Assembly (NCBI GenBank): GCA_964611355.1
Contig: CAZSYD010000006.1
Span: 1 to 64,000 of the forward strand
Direction: 5' to 3'
DNA from: an uncultured Ignavibacteriales bacterium
GTDB taxonomy: Bacteria; Zixibacteria; MSB-5A5; GN15; JAAZOE01
Length of the DNA: 64,000 nt
Shown here: positions 31,338 to 41,414 of the stretch, piece by piece
How positions within the stretch are numbered: the first letter of the stretch is position 1
Layout of the letters: the number at the start of each line of letters is the position of its first letter
Made by a program: the position numbers and the translations under genes
Notes under the pieces: model-generated
The model's database searches: none
What the model was told of the DNA's origin: nothing
What the model saw: only the letters and a program-made list of their open reading frames with translations

Positions 31338-31475
31338 AATCATGGATATTATATCTGGCCGACTGTATAATCATTGGAATAGATCGGTGTCTCCTATTGT
31401 GACTTTGATTTACAGTTGTACAATTGACAGCCATGCGAACATTGGCTATTATTAGTCTAATAGAAAGAAGTCAAA

Positions 31476-32654
31476 ATGAAAAGATTTGTTGCCCTGACCG
31501 TTTTTGGAGTTACCCTTCTAATCAGCATCGCCGCTGCGCAGCAGCCGGAAACGTTTGAACAGGCAAAGGCCTTATCGGCCGGGCTGGACAAGCCGATCCT
31601 GTTGAAGTTTGTCCACGAGGATTGCGAATATTGCGATAAGTCCGAACACGAAGCGCAGACGGTTGACGAAATCAAGAATGCCCTTAAGTCGGTGGTATAT
31701 CTATCCTTTGATGTCAACGAGGGCGAGGGGGTTGAACTTTCCGAAAAATACAAGGCAGGAATCAATTTCCCCGTTTTTATATTGACCAACAGTTCCGGCG
31801 AAGAAATTTATCGATGGATCGGGTACAGCTCCGGCGCAGGCTCCTTCGTTTATTCCCTGGAATCGGCTATGGCCGACACGATGACCGTCAAGGGACGCAT
31901 CGCCCGCTTGAAAGCCAATCCGGCTCCAAACGACGCCAAATACCTCGCCAAGTATTATTCCGATATCGATGAACCTCTTAAAGCCGTGGAATTCTACCGC
32001 CGGGCCGCAAACCTGGATAAAAACGTAAATTATACTTTGCAGATATTCACAAATCTCGCCCAAGCCTGTTGGAAGGATATGATTCCGTTTGAGGAAACGC
32101 TCCCAGCAGCTGATTCGGTTATAAATTCAAAACGCGTTATCAAGAATAGTATTGTTAATGTTGCCAAGCTCATTACCCGCCTGGCCAGAAAGAAAGGTAA
32201 AACCGATCGTATCGAAAAATACCTTCAGGCCGGGCTTGACGCTACCGAGGGGAGTCAGAATAAAAGGTTCGTCGAAGCCCGCCATGAGTTCATGGCCGAC
32301 TACACCCTGCACGTCAGAGCCGATACCGCCAAGGTTATTAAAATCAAGAAGGCCAGTCTTGGCGAAGGATGGGAAAACGACCGGGATACCTTTTATCGAT
32401 TCGCCCTGTGGTGCCTGGAGAGAAAGATTAATCTCGAAGAAGCTGAAACGTATGCGCGCAAGACGGTCAACCTTGTTTATACGGGTAAATACCGGGCCAA
32501 AGCGCTCAATACGGTGGCTGAAATCTGCGAGGCCCGCGGCGACATCACGGAAGCGATAAAAGTAATAAACATGGCTATTCAGCAAGACCCGGATAACGAT
32601 TTCTATGTTGAGCAACTGGAGCGATTCACCGAAAAACTACACGGTGACCAATAG
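31476..32654 (+). CDS. exported thioredoxin-fold protein with TPR-like helical region
   Basis: Signal peptide; DKPILLKF..EDCEYC; FPVF cis-Pro loop; helical repeats. Confidence 0.75.
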   Translation: MKRFVALTVFGVTLLISIAAAQQPETFEQAKALSAGLDKPILLKFVHEDCEYCDKSEHEAQTVDEIKNALKSVVYLSFDVNEGEGVELSEKYKAGINFPVFILTNSSGEEIYRWIGYSSGAGSFVYSLESAMADTMTVKGRIARLKANPAPNDAKYLAKYYSDIDEPLKAVEFYRRAANLDKNVNYTLQIFTNLAQACWKDMIPFEETLPAADSVINSKRVIKNSIVNVAKLITRLARKKGKTDRIEKYLQAGLDATEGSQNKRFVEARHEFMADYTLHVRADTAKVIKIKKASLGEGWENDRDTFYRFALWCLERKINLEEAETYARKTVNLVYTGKYRAKALNTVAEICEARGDITEAIKVINMAIQQDPDNDFYVEQLERFTEKLHGDQ

Positions 32655-32715
32655 TCGCGCGGAAAATCAAAAAAATATTCTTTTCGTTATTATTGTCCCG
32701 CCATTTGCATTGTGG

Positions 32716-33651
32716 TCAATCAGGCTGGGTGAGTTCTATCATTATTTGACCCTCCTCGCCCCTGACGACAAACTCATCCGCGTATGCCTTCCAGGTATTT
32801 TGAGTGGCCATGCCTAATTTTTCAATGGCAACCTTTCCATAACCTTGCGGGCCCATTTCATTCTCTTCGAGGAGCTGGCCGTCTTTATAGAAAACAAACG
32901 CGCAAACGGCCTTCGAGTTGCGCATATTCTTGAATCTTACTTTTACTTTCTTCGCAGGATCCAACTCAACCCGTAGCTCCAGCCACTTCGACACGGATTG
33001 CTTTATTGGGGCTTTCATTGTTTTTGTCACCATTTTGTCGGATTGAATCGGTTGGCCTACGGCAGGACCCTGTTCGGCCTCGCCCATTAACGTGTAACCG
33101 GCCGGTATTATAAACAGGCTTTTGTCCAGTTCTTCCTCGCGGATATTCACCAGCTCAAAGGCTTTATCCTTATCGGTATGGTTTACGATTTTAATGGGGA
33201 AATTGAGCTTGTGCGAAACCCACTGGGTAAACAGATCGTCGCCGTCCTTCGATATGCGTATTTTATCGCAAATGCGACCGTCCAGAGTATCTGTTTCAAG
33301 TATTTGGCTTTCACCTGTAGCGGCGGCGGATTTTACGCTCTGGATCGGATCGCCCATAATACTCCTGGGATCATCAATCGGCATTTCCAGATAAGTCTTG
33401 CGCCGCGGTATAAATACCCGGGTCAGGCCGGCATCCTGATCGACAATCAGGAGAAATATCACACTGTCTTCGCCCATTTCCACTCGGTAGTTTGGCTCTC
33501 TGTAAAAAAGCCTGCCGTTCATTGTCTGCTCCCCCTGCGTCATGACAATGTCTGCCGTGAACTTGATGCCGCCATCCGAATCGCAGCCGACCAGTATAGC
33601 AAGGAGAATAAATATTGCATAAAGTATTCCAAAAGCGGTTTTAGCAGCCAT
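32716..33651 (-). CDS. DUF4412-like (LolA-fold) lipoprotein
   Basis: LVGC lipobox; FTADIV, YRVEM, DGRICDK, WVSHKLNFPIK and LFIIPAGY motifs. Start is uncertain (33651 or 33672). Confidence 0.65.
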   Translation of the reverse strand: MAAKTAFGILYAIFILLAILVGCDSDGGIKFTADIVMTQGEQTMNGRLFYREPNYRVEMGEDSVIFLLIVDQDAGLTRVFIPRRKTYLEMPIDDPRSIMGDPIQSVKSAAATGESQILETDTLDGRICDKIRISKDGDDLFTQWVSHKLNFPIKIVNHTDKDKAFELVNIREEELDKSLFIIPAGYTLMGEAEQGPAVGQPIQSDKMVTKTMKAPIKQSVSKWLELRVELDPAKKVKVRFKNMRNSKAVCAFVFYKDGQLLEENEMGPQGYGKVAIEKLGMATQNTWKAYADEFVVRGEEGQIMIELTQPD

Positions 33652-33948
33652 GATTTCTGCCTTTCTAGTCACAAACGGTCCCTAAAGAATCGAGGCATTA
33701 TAAGCGGTTATCCAATGTTGAGTCTGCAAACATTACTTATACAAGCTATCGCAAAAAACGACGTCATCTTGGTACTTTTCAAGATTAAGGGCAAAATCCA
33801 GGCCTGTCAACGTAAAACCTGCCTTTTAATGCCTGTTCTATGATAATCGTAACGGGTGCAGGCGTTATTTAGTGTTGCATTTCAAAGTCCCGTTTAGCTA
33901 TTTATTATCCGTTCGGTTCTTAATTGACGTCCTGACAAGGTGGCAAAC

Positions 33949-35205
33949 ATGGCTGAAGTTCTAAGAAATTGGCTGGCGGCAAAAGGGGTTACCGAAAACC
34001 TGGCCGGGTACATAAGCTGGCTGGCTCTGGCGCTGGCCGTGTTAATCGTAGCGTATGTTTCCAATTATATCGCCAAGCGGTTTCTCCTGACCGGGATCGC
34101 CTACCTGGTTAAGAAAAGCAAGGCCAAATGGGATGATGTTCTTCTCGAACACAAAGTCTTCGCTCGCTTATCTCATCTGGCTCCGGCGCTGGTTATTTAT
34201 TTTTCCGCTTATTTGTTTCCAACAATACAAAATCTCATTCAGCGTTTTTCGATGGTCTATATGATCCTGGTCGGCCTTTATGCCTTTAACTCATTCCTCA
34301 ATGCGGTCGCCGATATCTATCGGTCTTTTGAAATCTCCCGTCAGCGTCCGATCAAGGGATATATCCAGGTTATCAAGATTATCATCTCCGTATTCATGGG
34401 TATAATAGCCCTGGCGACCATGATGGGCCGTTCGCCCTGGCTTCTACTCAGCGGCCTCGGTGCCATGACCGCGGTCTTGATTCTGGTTTTTAAAGATTCA
34501 ATTCTCGGCCTGGTCGCCAGCATTCAGCTCTCCGGCAATGACATGGTCCGTATCGGCGACTGGATCGAAATGCCCAAATATGGAGCCGACGGCGACGTTA
34601 TCGACGTTACCCTTAATACAGTCAAGGTACGGAATTGGGACAAGACCATTACCACCGTCCCGACGTATGCCATGATTTCCGATTCGTTCAAGAACTGGCG
34701 CGGTATGGCTGAATCGGGCGGACGGCGGATTAAACGGGCCGTCAATATCGACATGCGAAGCATCGGGTTTTGCACGCCGCAGATGCTTGACCGCTTCGAA
34801 AAATATCAGCTTATAACCGACAATATCAGATCAAAAAGAAAAGAGATTACCGAATACAATAAAGAACATCACATCGACACCTCCGAACTTATAAACGGCA
34901 GGAATCTAACCAACCTCGGAACCCTGCGGGCATATATCGCCGCCTATCTTCGAGATCATCCAAAGGTTCATCAGAATATGACCTTTCTCATCAGACAGCT
35001 TCCACCGGGCGAGTATGGTCTGCCGCTGGAAATCTATGTTTTCAGCAACGACCAGGAATGGGCCAATTACGAAGCCATCCAGGCCGATATATTCGACCAT
35101 ATCCTGGCCGTAATCCCGATGTTCGACCTGCGCGTCTTCCAGAGACCGAGCGGACACGATCTTGTCGATCTGAGACCGGCAACCGCCCGTCCGGAAGGCG
35201 TATAA
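33949..35205 (+). CDS. mechanosensitive ion channel, MscS family (YbdG-like)
   Basis: LSGLGAMTAVLILVFKDSILG, GDWIEMPKYGADGDV and NWRGM..SGGRRIKR motifs. Confidence 0.93.
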   Translation: MAEVLRNWLAAKGVTENLAGYISWLALALAVLIVAYVSNYIAKRFLLTGIAYLVKKSKAKWDDVLLEHKVFARLSHLAPALVIYFSAYLFPTIQNLIQRFSMVYMILVGLYAFNSFLNAVADIYRSFEISRQRPIKGYIQVIKIIISVFMGIIALATMMGRSPWLLLSGLGAMTAVLILVFKDSILGLVASIQLSGNDMVRIGDWIEMPKYGADGDVIDVTLNTVKVRNWDKTITTVPTYAMISDSFKNWRGMAESGGRRIKRAVNIDMRSIGFCTPQMLDRFEKYQLITDNIRSKRKEITEYNKEHHIDTSELINGRNLTNLGTLRAYIAAYLRDHPKVHQNMTFLIRQLPPGEYGLPLEIYVFSNDQEWANYEAIQADIFDHILAVIPMFDLRVFQRPSGHDLVDLRPATARPEGV

Positions 35206-35345
35206 TTGTGAGAATGTCCCCTTCCGGTTTATCCATGTGTTTCGGTAGAAGCATTTGTCGCAGCATATTTTTGTTGCCAACCGTATCAGAGAGATTTACA
35301 TACTGATTGGTACAACTCATAATAAATCAGGAGGCGGATAACATC

Positions 35346-36890
35346 ATGAAGATAAAACTATCTACCCTTGCCCTGTTAATGGTGCTAATTGTGACCGGAA
35401 CGGCTGTTCCTGCCGCAGAATATGCTGAACTGGCGGCTTTGGAAAAACTGATCGATTCGACCCGGGCGATGGAGGCCACGGTCTTTGCTCCTATCGCATT
35501 CGGCAAGGCGGAGCAGAACCTGCAGAAAGCGCAGGAAATGCATCGGACAGGTAAGAAACAAAGTATCATTGATAAATATATCACCGAGTCGCGCGAATAT
35601 GCCGAGAATGCGATCAAAGCTACGGAACTGGCCAAACTGACTCTGGCCGACTACCTCGATATCAGGGAAAAGGCGAAACAGGCCGAGGCTTCCAAGAACA
35701 TCCCGGAATTATGGCAGGCCGCTGAGAAGCAATTTACAAAAGGCGCGGCCAAAATCGAAGACGGTAACGTCAAAGGCGGCCTGAAGGAAGCAGCCAAGGC
35801 GCAACCGTTATATGATGAAGCCGAATTGGAGGCAATACGGGTTGGTATCCTGGGTAAGGCCGATGCCCTTATAGAAAAAGCAGTAGCCGATGAAGCCGCC
35901 AAGTATGCATTGACTACTCTTGATAAAGCCCGAACAGCGCGGTCCAAAGGGAATTCCATTCTGGAAAATGATCGATACGAACGGATTTCTTCGATCAAGC
36001 GCGCTGCTCTTGCCGAATTTGAAGCCCGGCATGCTTCCAATATCGCCAAATCGGTGCGAACCCTGGAACGCAACGATCAGGCCTGGGAACGTTTAATGCT
36101 GGTGTATGAGCTCCAGATGCAACGCGTGGCTGAGGTTCTGGGGATCGAACTGCTGCCTTTCGATGCAGGGCCGCTGGTGGCGGCCGACAGCCTTGCGGCT
36201 GCGATCCGGTCGTTAAAATCGTCAGGCCGGGAGTCTAACGCAACCTTTGATAGTCTGTCTGTCCGTATGAAAGCCACCCTTTCGAAAACCGGCCGCATCA
36301 CTGATGAAGAGGATGCCATACGACTGGCTCAGATACTGGACGAACAGGTTGACAAACTTCTGGCTGAGAAAGAAACGCTCTCGATAGAAATGGCCGCGCG
36401 TGAGGAAGAGCTGGCCGGCCTCGAGAAGGAACATAAAGAAATTGCCGGTGAGCTTGACAAAAGGCTCGAAAAAGAAGAAAAAATCAAAACGGCCCGAAGT
36501 CTTCTTAACCCGTCGGAATGTGCCGTTATTCGTTCCCCTGCCGACGATATCGTTCTTCGTCTTTTCGGTCTGTCATTCGACGTCGGTTCGAGCGATATCA
36601 AGGACGAACATGTTCCTCTGCTGAAAAAGGTCGAGAAGGTTCTCGGTATGTTCCCTGAGGCCAAGCTGATGATTGAAGGACATACCGATAATCAGGGCGA
36701 TCTGGCGACCAACAAGCGGCTCTCGGAAAATCGGGCTTACGCGGTTATGCAGTACCTGCGCCAGTCCATGTCGATTTCGGCCGGACGTATTCAGTCGAGC
36801 GGTTACGGGCCGGACAAGCCCATCGCATCCAATAAAACGACCGAAGGCCGGGCCAAAAACAGGCGGATAGATATTATTATCATGCAATAA
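35346..36890 (+). CDS. OmpA-family protein with long N-terminal helical/coiled-coil region
   Basis: Signal peptide; C-terminal IEGHTD..G....NKRLSENRA...GRAKNRRIDI. Confidence 0.88.
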   Translation: MKIKLSTLALLMVLIVTGTAVPAAEYAELAALEKLIDSTRAMEATVFAPIAFGKAEQNLQKAQEMHRTGKKQSIIDKYITESREYAENAIKATELAKLTLADYLDIREKAKQAEASKNIPELWQAAEKQFTKGAAKIEDGNVKGGLKEAAKAQPLYDEAELEAIRVGILGKADALIEKAVADEAAKYALTTLDKARTARSKGNSILENDRYERISSIKRAALAEFEARHASNIAKSVRTLERNDQAWERLMLVYELQMQRVAEVLGIELLPFDAGPLVAADSLAAAIRSLKSSGRESNATFDSLSVRMKATLSKTGRITDEEDAIRLAQILDEQVDKLLAEKETLSIEMAAREEELAGLEKEHKEIAGELDKRLEKEEKIKTARSLLNPSECAVIRSPADDIVLRLFGLSFDVGSSDIKDEHVPLLKKVEKVLGMFPEAKLMIEGHTDNQGDLATNKRLSENRAYAVMQYLRQSMSISAGRIQSSGYGPDKPIASNKTTEGRAKNRRIDIIIMQ

Positions 36891-37084
36891 TCGGTCAGAG
36901 GATCGGGGGCTGAGAAAATGCAGTCAGTCCGGGTTCGAGAACCTGAAATACGGGCAGGCGTCGCCCATTCCATATTCTATGCCTTAATCATTCCTATTTA
37001 TAAGCGCTTTTAATTATTGTCATTACAATCCGGCTCTTATACATTACAAAAGAGTTGTCGTAATTCCGGCAGAAGGAGGGGATA

Positions 37085-38395
37085 ATGCCAAATCCGATCA
37101 GCCGCTATTTCCGATTCGAAACGTTGCAAACCAGCTTCAAACAGGAAACCATCGCAGGAGCCACCACCTTTTTCACTATGGCCTATATTATTATTGTCAA
37201 TCCCAAGATTTTAGAGGCGGCCGGAATACCGGTCGGGCCTTCAATGGTGGCCACTGTAATAGCCGCCGTCTTCGGCACGTTAGCTATGGGCATTTACGCC
37301 CGGCGGCCGTTTGCAATTGCGCCGTATATGGGCGAAAATGCCTTTATCGCCTTTACGGTCGTAGGCGTTCTCGGGTACAGTTGGCAAACCGCTTTGGGCG
37401 CAATCTTTATAGGCGGAGTATTGTTTACGCTAATCAGTGTTCTTGGTATCCGCGCCTGGCTGGCCCGCGCCATTCCCGAATCATTGAAAATCGCCTTTGC
37501 AGTCGGAATCGGGTTGTTTCTTACCTTTATCGGCCTGAATGAAACCGGCGTGGTTACTCTCGGGGTCCCCGGTGCGCCCGTGCATGTCGGCAATCTGCAA
37601 AGCACGGCGGTTATTCTATCCATAATTTGTTTCTTTCTAATCGGATTTCTAATGATACGAAAAATAAACGGTGCTCTTCTGATTGGAATTCTTGTTGTTA
37701 CTTTCCTCTCGTTTATATTCGGAATCAGCCAATTGCCCGAAAACTTGATGAGCCTGCCTCCCGGCATCTCTCCTGTATTTTTACAGCTTGATATAGTTGG
37801 CGCCCTGCAATGGAGCTTTTTCCCGATCATCCTGACCGTTCTGGTAATGGACTTTGTCGATACTACCGGAACGCTTCTCGGTTTGGCCTACAAATCCGGT
37901 TTTCTCGACGAAGACGGTCAATTGCCGGAGATCGAAAAGCCGATGGTATGCGATTCGACGGCAACAGTTGTCGGCGCTTTGGTCGGAACGACTACCACCG
38001 GTACATTTATCGAATCGGCTGCGGGAATCGAGGCCGGCGGAAGATCCGGTTTCGCATCGGTGATTACAGCCGGGCTGTTTTTGCTTACGCTGTTTTTTGC
38101 GCCGTTTCTCACTGCCGTTCCGCCCTGCGCTTACGGAGCGGCTTTGATTATGGTCGGGTTGTTGATGATATCGCCCATCGTTAAGTTAAAATTTGACGAT
38201 TTGACGGAGTCGATACCGGCTTTTCTCGTAGTTATCCTTATGAGCTTCACCTATAATCTTGGCATCGGAATGACGGCCGGTTTCGTCGCTTTTCCGCTGG
38301 TGATGCTGTTTTCCGGCCGGGCCGGAGAGGTTCATACGGGGATGTGGATTCTGGCTGCTATATCAGCTCTCTTTTTCATCTTTTACCCGTATTAG
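37085..38395 (+). CDS. NCS2/AzgA family nucleobase (purine) permease
   Basis: GATTFFTMAYIIIVNP, APYMGENAF, GIGLFL and FIESAAGIEAGGRSG motifs. Confidence 0.92.
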   Translation: MPNPISRYFRFETLQTSFKQETIAGATTFFTMAYIIIVNPKILEAAGIPVGPSMVATVIAAVFGTLAMGIYARRPFAIAPYMGENAFIAFTVVGVLGYSWQTALGAIFIGGVLFTLISVLGIRAWLARAIPESLKIAFAVGIGLFLTFIGLNETGVVTLGVPGAPVHVGNLQSTAVILSIICFFLIGFLMIRKINGALLIGILVVTFLSFIFGISQLPENLMSLPPGISPVFLQLDIVGALQWSFFPIILTVLVMDFVDTTGTLLGLAYKSGFLDEDGQLPEIEKPMVCDSTATVVGALVGTTTTGTFIESAAGIEAGGRSGFASVITAGLFLLTLFFAPFLTAVPPCAYGAALIMVGLLMISPIVKLKFDDLTESIPAFLVVILMSFTYNLGIGMTAGFVAFPLVMLFSGRAGEVHTGMWILAAISALFFIFYPY

Positions 38396-38477
38396 TTGAC
38401 CGAACGGGATGGCGATGATCCCGGTTTTTGGTGGACAAATCGCGAATTTTGGCTATATTTCAACGGATAAGGGATAA

Positions 38478-38577
38478 NNNNNNNNNNNNNNNNNNNNNNN
38501 NNNNNNNNNNNNNNNNNNNNNNNNNNNNNNNNNNNNNNNNNNNNNNNNNNNNNNNNNNNNNNNNNNNNNNNNNNNNN
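38478..38577. other. assembly gap (100 N)
   Basis: Run of 100 n characters. Confidence 1.
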
Positions 38578-38593
38578 TTAGGGAGGAACCATT

Positions 38594-41386
38594 ATGCTTC
38601 ACCCATCGGGCCGGTCAAGCAAAGGCCGATATATCCACGCCATATGGCTATCCGTTATAGCGGTAATTTTCATAAATGCAACCCCTGTTCTGGGACAGTT
38701 AAATACCGAAGACATAGAAGTCCTTCGAGAGCTTGCTCGGGAGGAAGGCTGGACCTTTACGGTCGGCGAGAACCCGGCCACGAAATACCCGCTCGAGAAG
38801 TTATGCGGCCTGGTGGTGCCTGACAATTGGCAAGCTACGGCGCGATTTGATCCGATTACACCGGCCAAGGATATCCCCGTATCTTTTGACTGGCGCGATT
38901 CAAATGGCTGCACGCCGGTGAAAGCCCAGGGCAATTGCGGTAGTTGCTGGGCATTTGCCACCGTAGGGGCTTTTGAATGCAACATCAGGATTAAGGATCA
39001 AATGACGGTGGACCTGTCCGAACAATGGCTGGTCAGTTGTAATCAGAGTGGGTGGGGCTGCGATGGCGGATGGTTCGCTCATGATTATCATCAATGGAGA
39101 ACCGACCCCTGTGATAGCACGGGCGCGGTGCTGGAAGCAGATTTTCCTTATGCAGCCAGCGATCTCCCCTGCAACTGTCCCTACCAGCATCAGTTCCTGA
39201 TAAATTCGTGGGCTTTTATTGGAAATCCCTCGAGTATACCGGCCATAAGCGCGATGAAGCAGGCTATTCTGGATTATGGCCCGATAACCGTTGCCGTGGC
39301 GGCCAATTCGGCGATGCAGGCTTATACCGGTGGAATCTTCAACGGATGCGATGCTATTGAAATTAATCATGCGGTTGTCCTTGTCGGCTGGGATGATACC
39401 CAGAGCGAGAGCGGCATCTGGATCATGCGCAACTCCTGGGGATCGGGCTGGGGCGAACAGGGTTATATGCGGATGCCATACGGCTGTTCGGAGATCGGCT
39501 ATGGCGCCTGTTATATCGACTACGCCGGAACCAGAGGACTTACCTTTGACTACCCGAACGGCGTTCCCATAACCGTCTCCCCTGATCAAACAACCTCGTT
39601 CGAAGTAATGGTGAGCGGGCTCGGTATCGGAGAGCCGGTCGCCGGAAGCGGCCAATTGCATTACTCGATAAACGGCGCGGCTTTCCAGGCCGAACCAATG
39701 ACCGAAATCTCGGTCAATCACTATGAAGCTGTTCTGCCTGCAGTTACCTGTAGTCTTGAGGTAAAATTTTACGTCAGCGCGGAGGAAGCCTCAACCGGTT
39801 TGCATTATGATCCCGACCCGGCGTCGCCGCACTGGGCGATTTCGGCGCGCGAGGCTTTTACCGTTTTGGAGGATGATTTCGAAACCGATAAAGGTTGGAC
39901 TGTTTCCGGCGATGCCGCCGACGGCCAGTGGGACCGAGGCGTACCGGTTGGCGGCGGTGATCGGGGCGATCCCGCAACCGATTTTGACGGCTCCGGATCA
40001 TGCCGCCTGACCGATAATGTGGACGGCGATTCTGACGTTGATAACGGAACCACTATCCTCGATTCACCTGTTTTTGATTTAACTGGATATGACGGCATAA
40101 TTCATTATGCCCGCTGGTACTCTAATAATTACGGCGCCGCGCCTAACAGCGACGAGATGAAAATATATATATCGAGCAATGGCGGAACATCGTGGACATT
40201 AGTCGAAACCGTCGGACCGACCGAACAGGCCGCGGGAGGCTGGTATGAAACGATATTCCTCGCCGGTGACTTTATTACTCCTACCGGTCAGATGCGGCTC
40301 CGCTTTGAGGCTTCCGATCTTGGAGATGGATCGGTCGTCGAGGCGGCCGTCGATGCCGTTTATGTAATTGCCTATTCCTGCGGCACGGCGCCGGACCCGC
40401 TGACAATCGTCACGGCAACCCTGCCCGGCTGGACGGCCGGCCATCCCTTCTCGCAGACCCTCGAAGCCGTTGGCGGAGTGGGTGAGTATACCTGGATGGA
40501 TAAAAATAACGACCTTTATGGTACCGGTCTTACACTGTCGCCCGATGGTGTTCTTTCCGGTTCGCCTCTCTCGCCGGGGCTTATCTCGTTTACGGCAATA
40601 GTCACCGATCAACAACCGGATACGGATGAAAAACAGTTCGGCTTTTACATAAATGACGCCATATCTATTATGACCTTGTCTTTGCCGGATTGGACGGTTG
40701 GTATTCCCTATGAGCAGCAGCTTGAAGCCGGCGGCGGAACCGGCAATAAGGTCTGGAGCGACAAAGGAGGCGATCTGACCGGAACGGGACTGAATCTTTC
40801 TTCGCAAGGCATCTTGTCGGGTACACCTTTGACGGCGGGCCCGCTTGAGTTTATTGCCGAAGTCGCAGATCAGGTCGGCGCAACATCCGAGAGGCTTTTC
40901 AATATAACCTTGAATCCCCCCGTAAATATAACCACCGAGTCGCTTCCATCGTGCAACCTTCGAATCGCATACTCTTTCCAGATCGAAGCTACCGGCGGTA
41001 CAGGGACGCGAAGATTTACAGACCGCGACGGCGTTCTGGAAGGAACGGGCCTGACTCTGTCCGAGGATGGACTCCTGTCCGGAGAAGCGACCGTGACCGA
41101 TACATTAGATCTGATTATCCATGTTGAAGACGATCCCGGCAGTTTTGAAGAAGAATCTTTCGGTTTTGAAGTTATTCGTCCTTATGTCTGTGGCGACGCC
41201 AACAATGACGGCAGTATCAATGTCGGCGACGCTGTATTTCTGAACAATCATGTCTTTTTGGACGGGCCGCCGCCTGAGTTCCCCGAAGCGGGCGACTCCA
41301 ATGCCGACGGCAGCATAAATATCGCCGATTCCGTTTACTTGGTCAATTTCATCTTTAACGATGGTGAGCCCCCGCGCTGTCCTTGA
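38594..41386 (+). CDS. secreted papain-family (C1A) cysteine peptidase with Ig-like (He_PIG-type) repeats and C-terminal dockerin
   Basis: FDWR, QGNCGSCWAF, LSEQ, NHAV and RNSWG motifs; three GTGL.LS..G.LSG repeats; CGDANNDGSINVGDAVFL / GDSNADGSINIADSVYL. Confidence 0.92.
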   Translation: MLHPSGRSSKGRYIHAIWLSVIAVIFINATPVLGQLNTEDIEVLRELAREEGWTFTVGENPATKYPLEKLCGLVVPDNWQATARFDPITPAKDIPVSFDWRDSNGCTPVKAQGNCGSCWAFATVGAFECNIRIKDQMTVDLSEQWLVSCNQSGWGCDGGWFAHDYHQWRTDPCDSTGAVLEADFPYAASDLPCNCPYQHQFLINSWAFIGNPSSIPAISAMKQAILDYGPITVAVAANSAMQAYTGGIFNGCDAIEINHAVVLVGWDDTQSESGIWIMRNSWGSGWGEQGYMRMPYGCSEIGYGACYIDYAGTRGLTFDYPNGVPITVSPDQTTSFEVMVSGLGIGEPVAGSGQLHYSINGAAFQAEPMTEISVNHYEAVLPAVTCSLEVKFYVSAEEASTGLHYDPDPASPHWAISAREAFTVLEDDFETDKGWTVSGDAADGQWDRGVPVGGGDRGDPATDFDGSGSCRLTDNVDGDSDVDNGTTILDSPVFDLTGYDGIIHYARWYSNNYGAAPNSDEMKIYISSNGGTSWTLVETVGPTEQAAGGWYETIFLAGDFITPTGQMRLRFEASDLGDGSVVEAAVDAVYVIAYSCGTAPDPLTIVTATLPGWTAGHPFSQTLEAVGGVGEYTWMDKNNDLYGTGLTLSPDGVLSGSPLSPGLISFTAIVTDQQPDTDEKQFGFYINDAISIMTLSLPDWTVGIPYEQQLEAGGGTGNKVWSDKGGDLTGTGLNLSSQGILSGTPLTAGPLEFIAEVADQVGATSERLFNITLNPPVNITTESLPSCNLRIAYSFQIEATGGTGTRRFTDRDGVLEGTGLTLSEDGLLSGEATVTDTLDLIIHVEDDPGSFEEESFGFEVIRPYVCGDANNDGSINVGDAVFLNNHVFLDGPPPEFPEAGDSNADGSINIADSVYLVNFIFNDGEPPRCP

Positions 41387-41414
41387 ATGATAATGACGCG
41401 CCGATTTGATTCGA

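Noticed and set aside
31606..31640. Selenocysteine in the thioredoxin motif
   Set aside because: Both Cys codons are TGC and there is no in-frame TGA.
33785..33830. c-di-GMP-I riboswitch-like GGGCAAA start
   Set aside because: It lacks the GAAA tetraloop stem and the downstream GCAAAGC/receptor elements.
36891..37084. Purine riboswitch upstream of the NCS2 permease
   Set aside because: The conserved aptamer core (TATAA...GG...GTTTCTACC...CCGTAAA) is not present.
38428..38823. ORF spanning the N run
   Set aside because: Artifact of the assembly gap.
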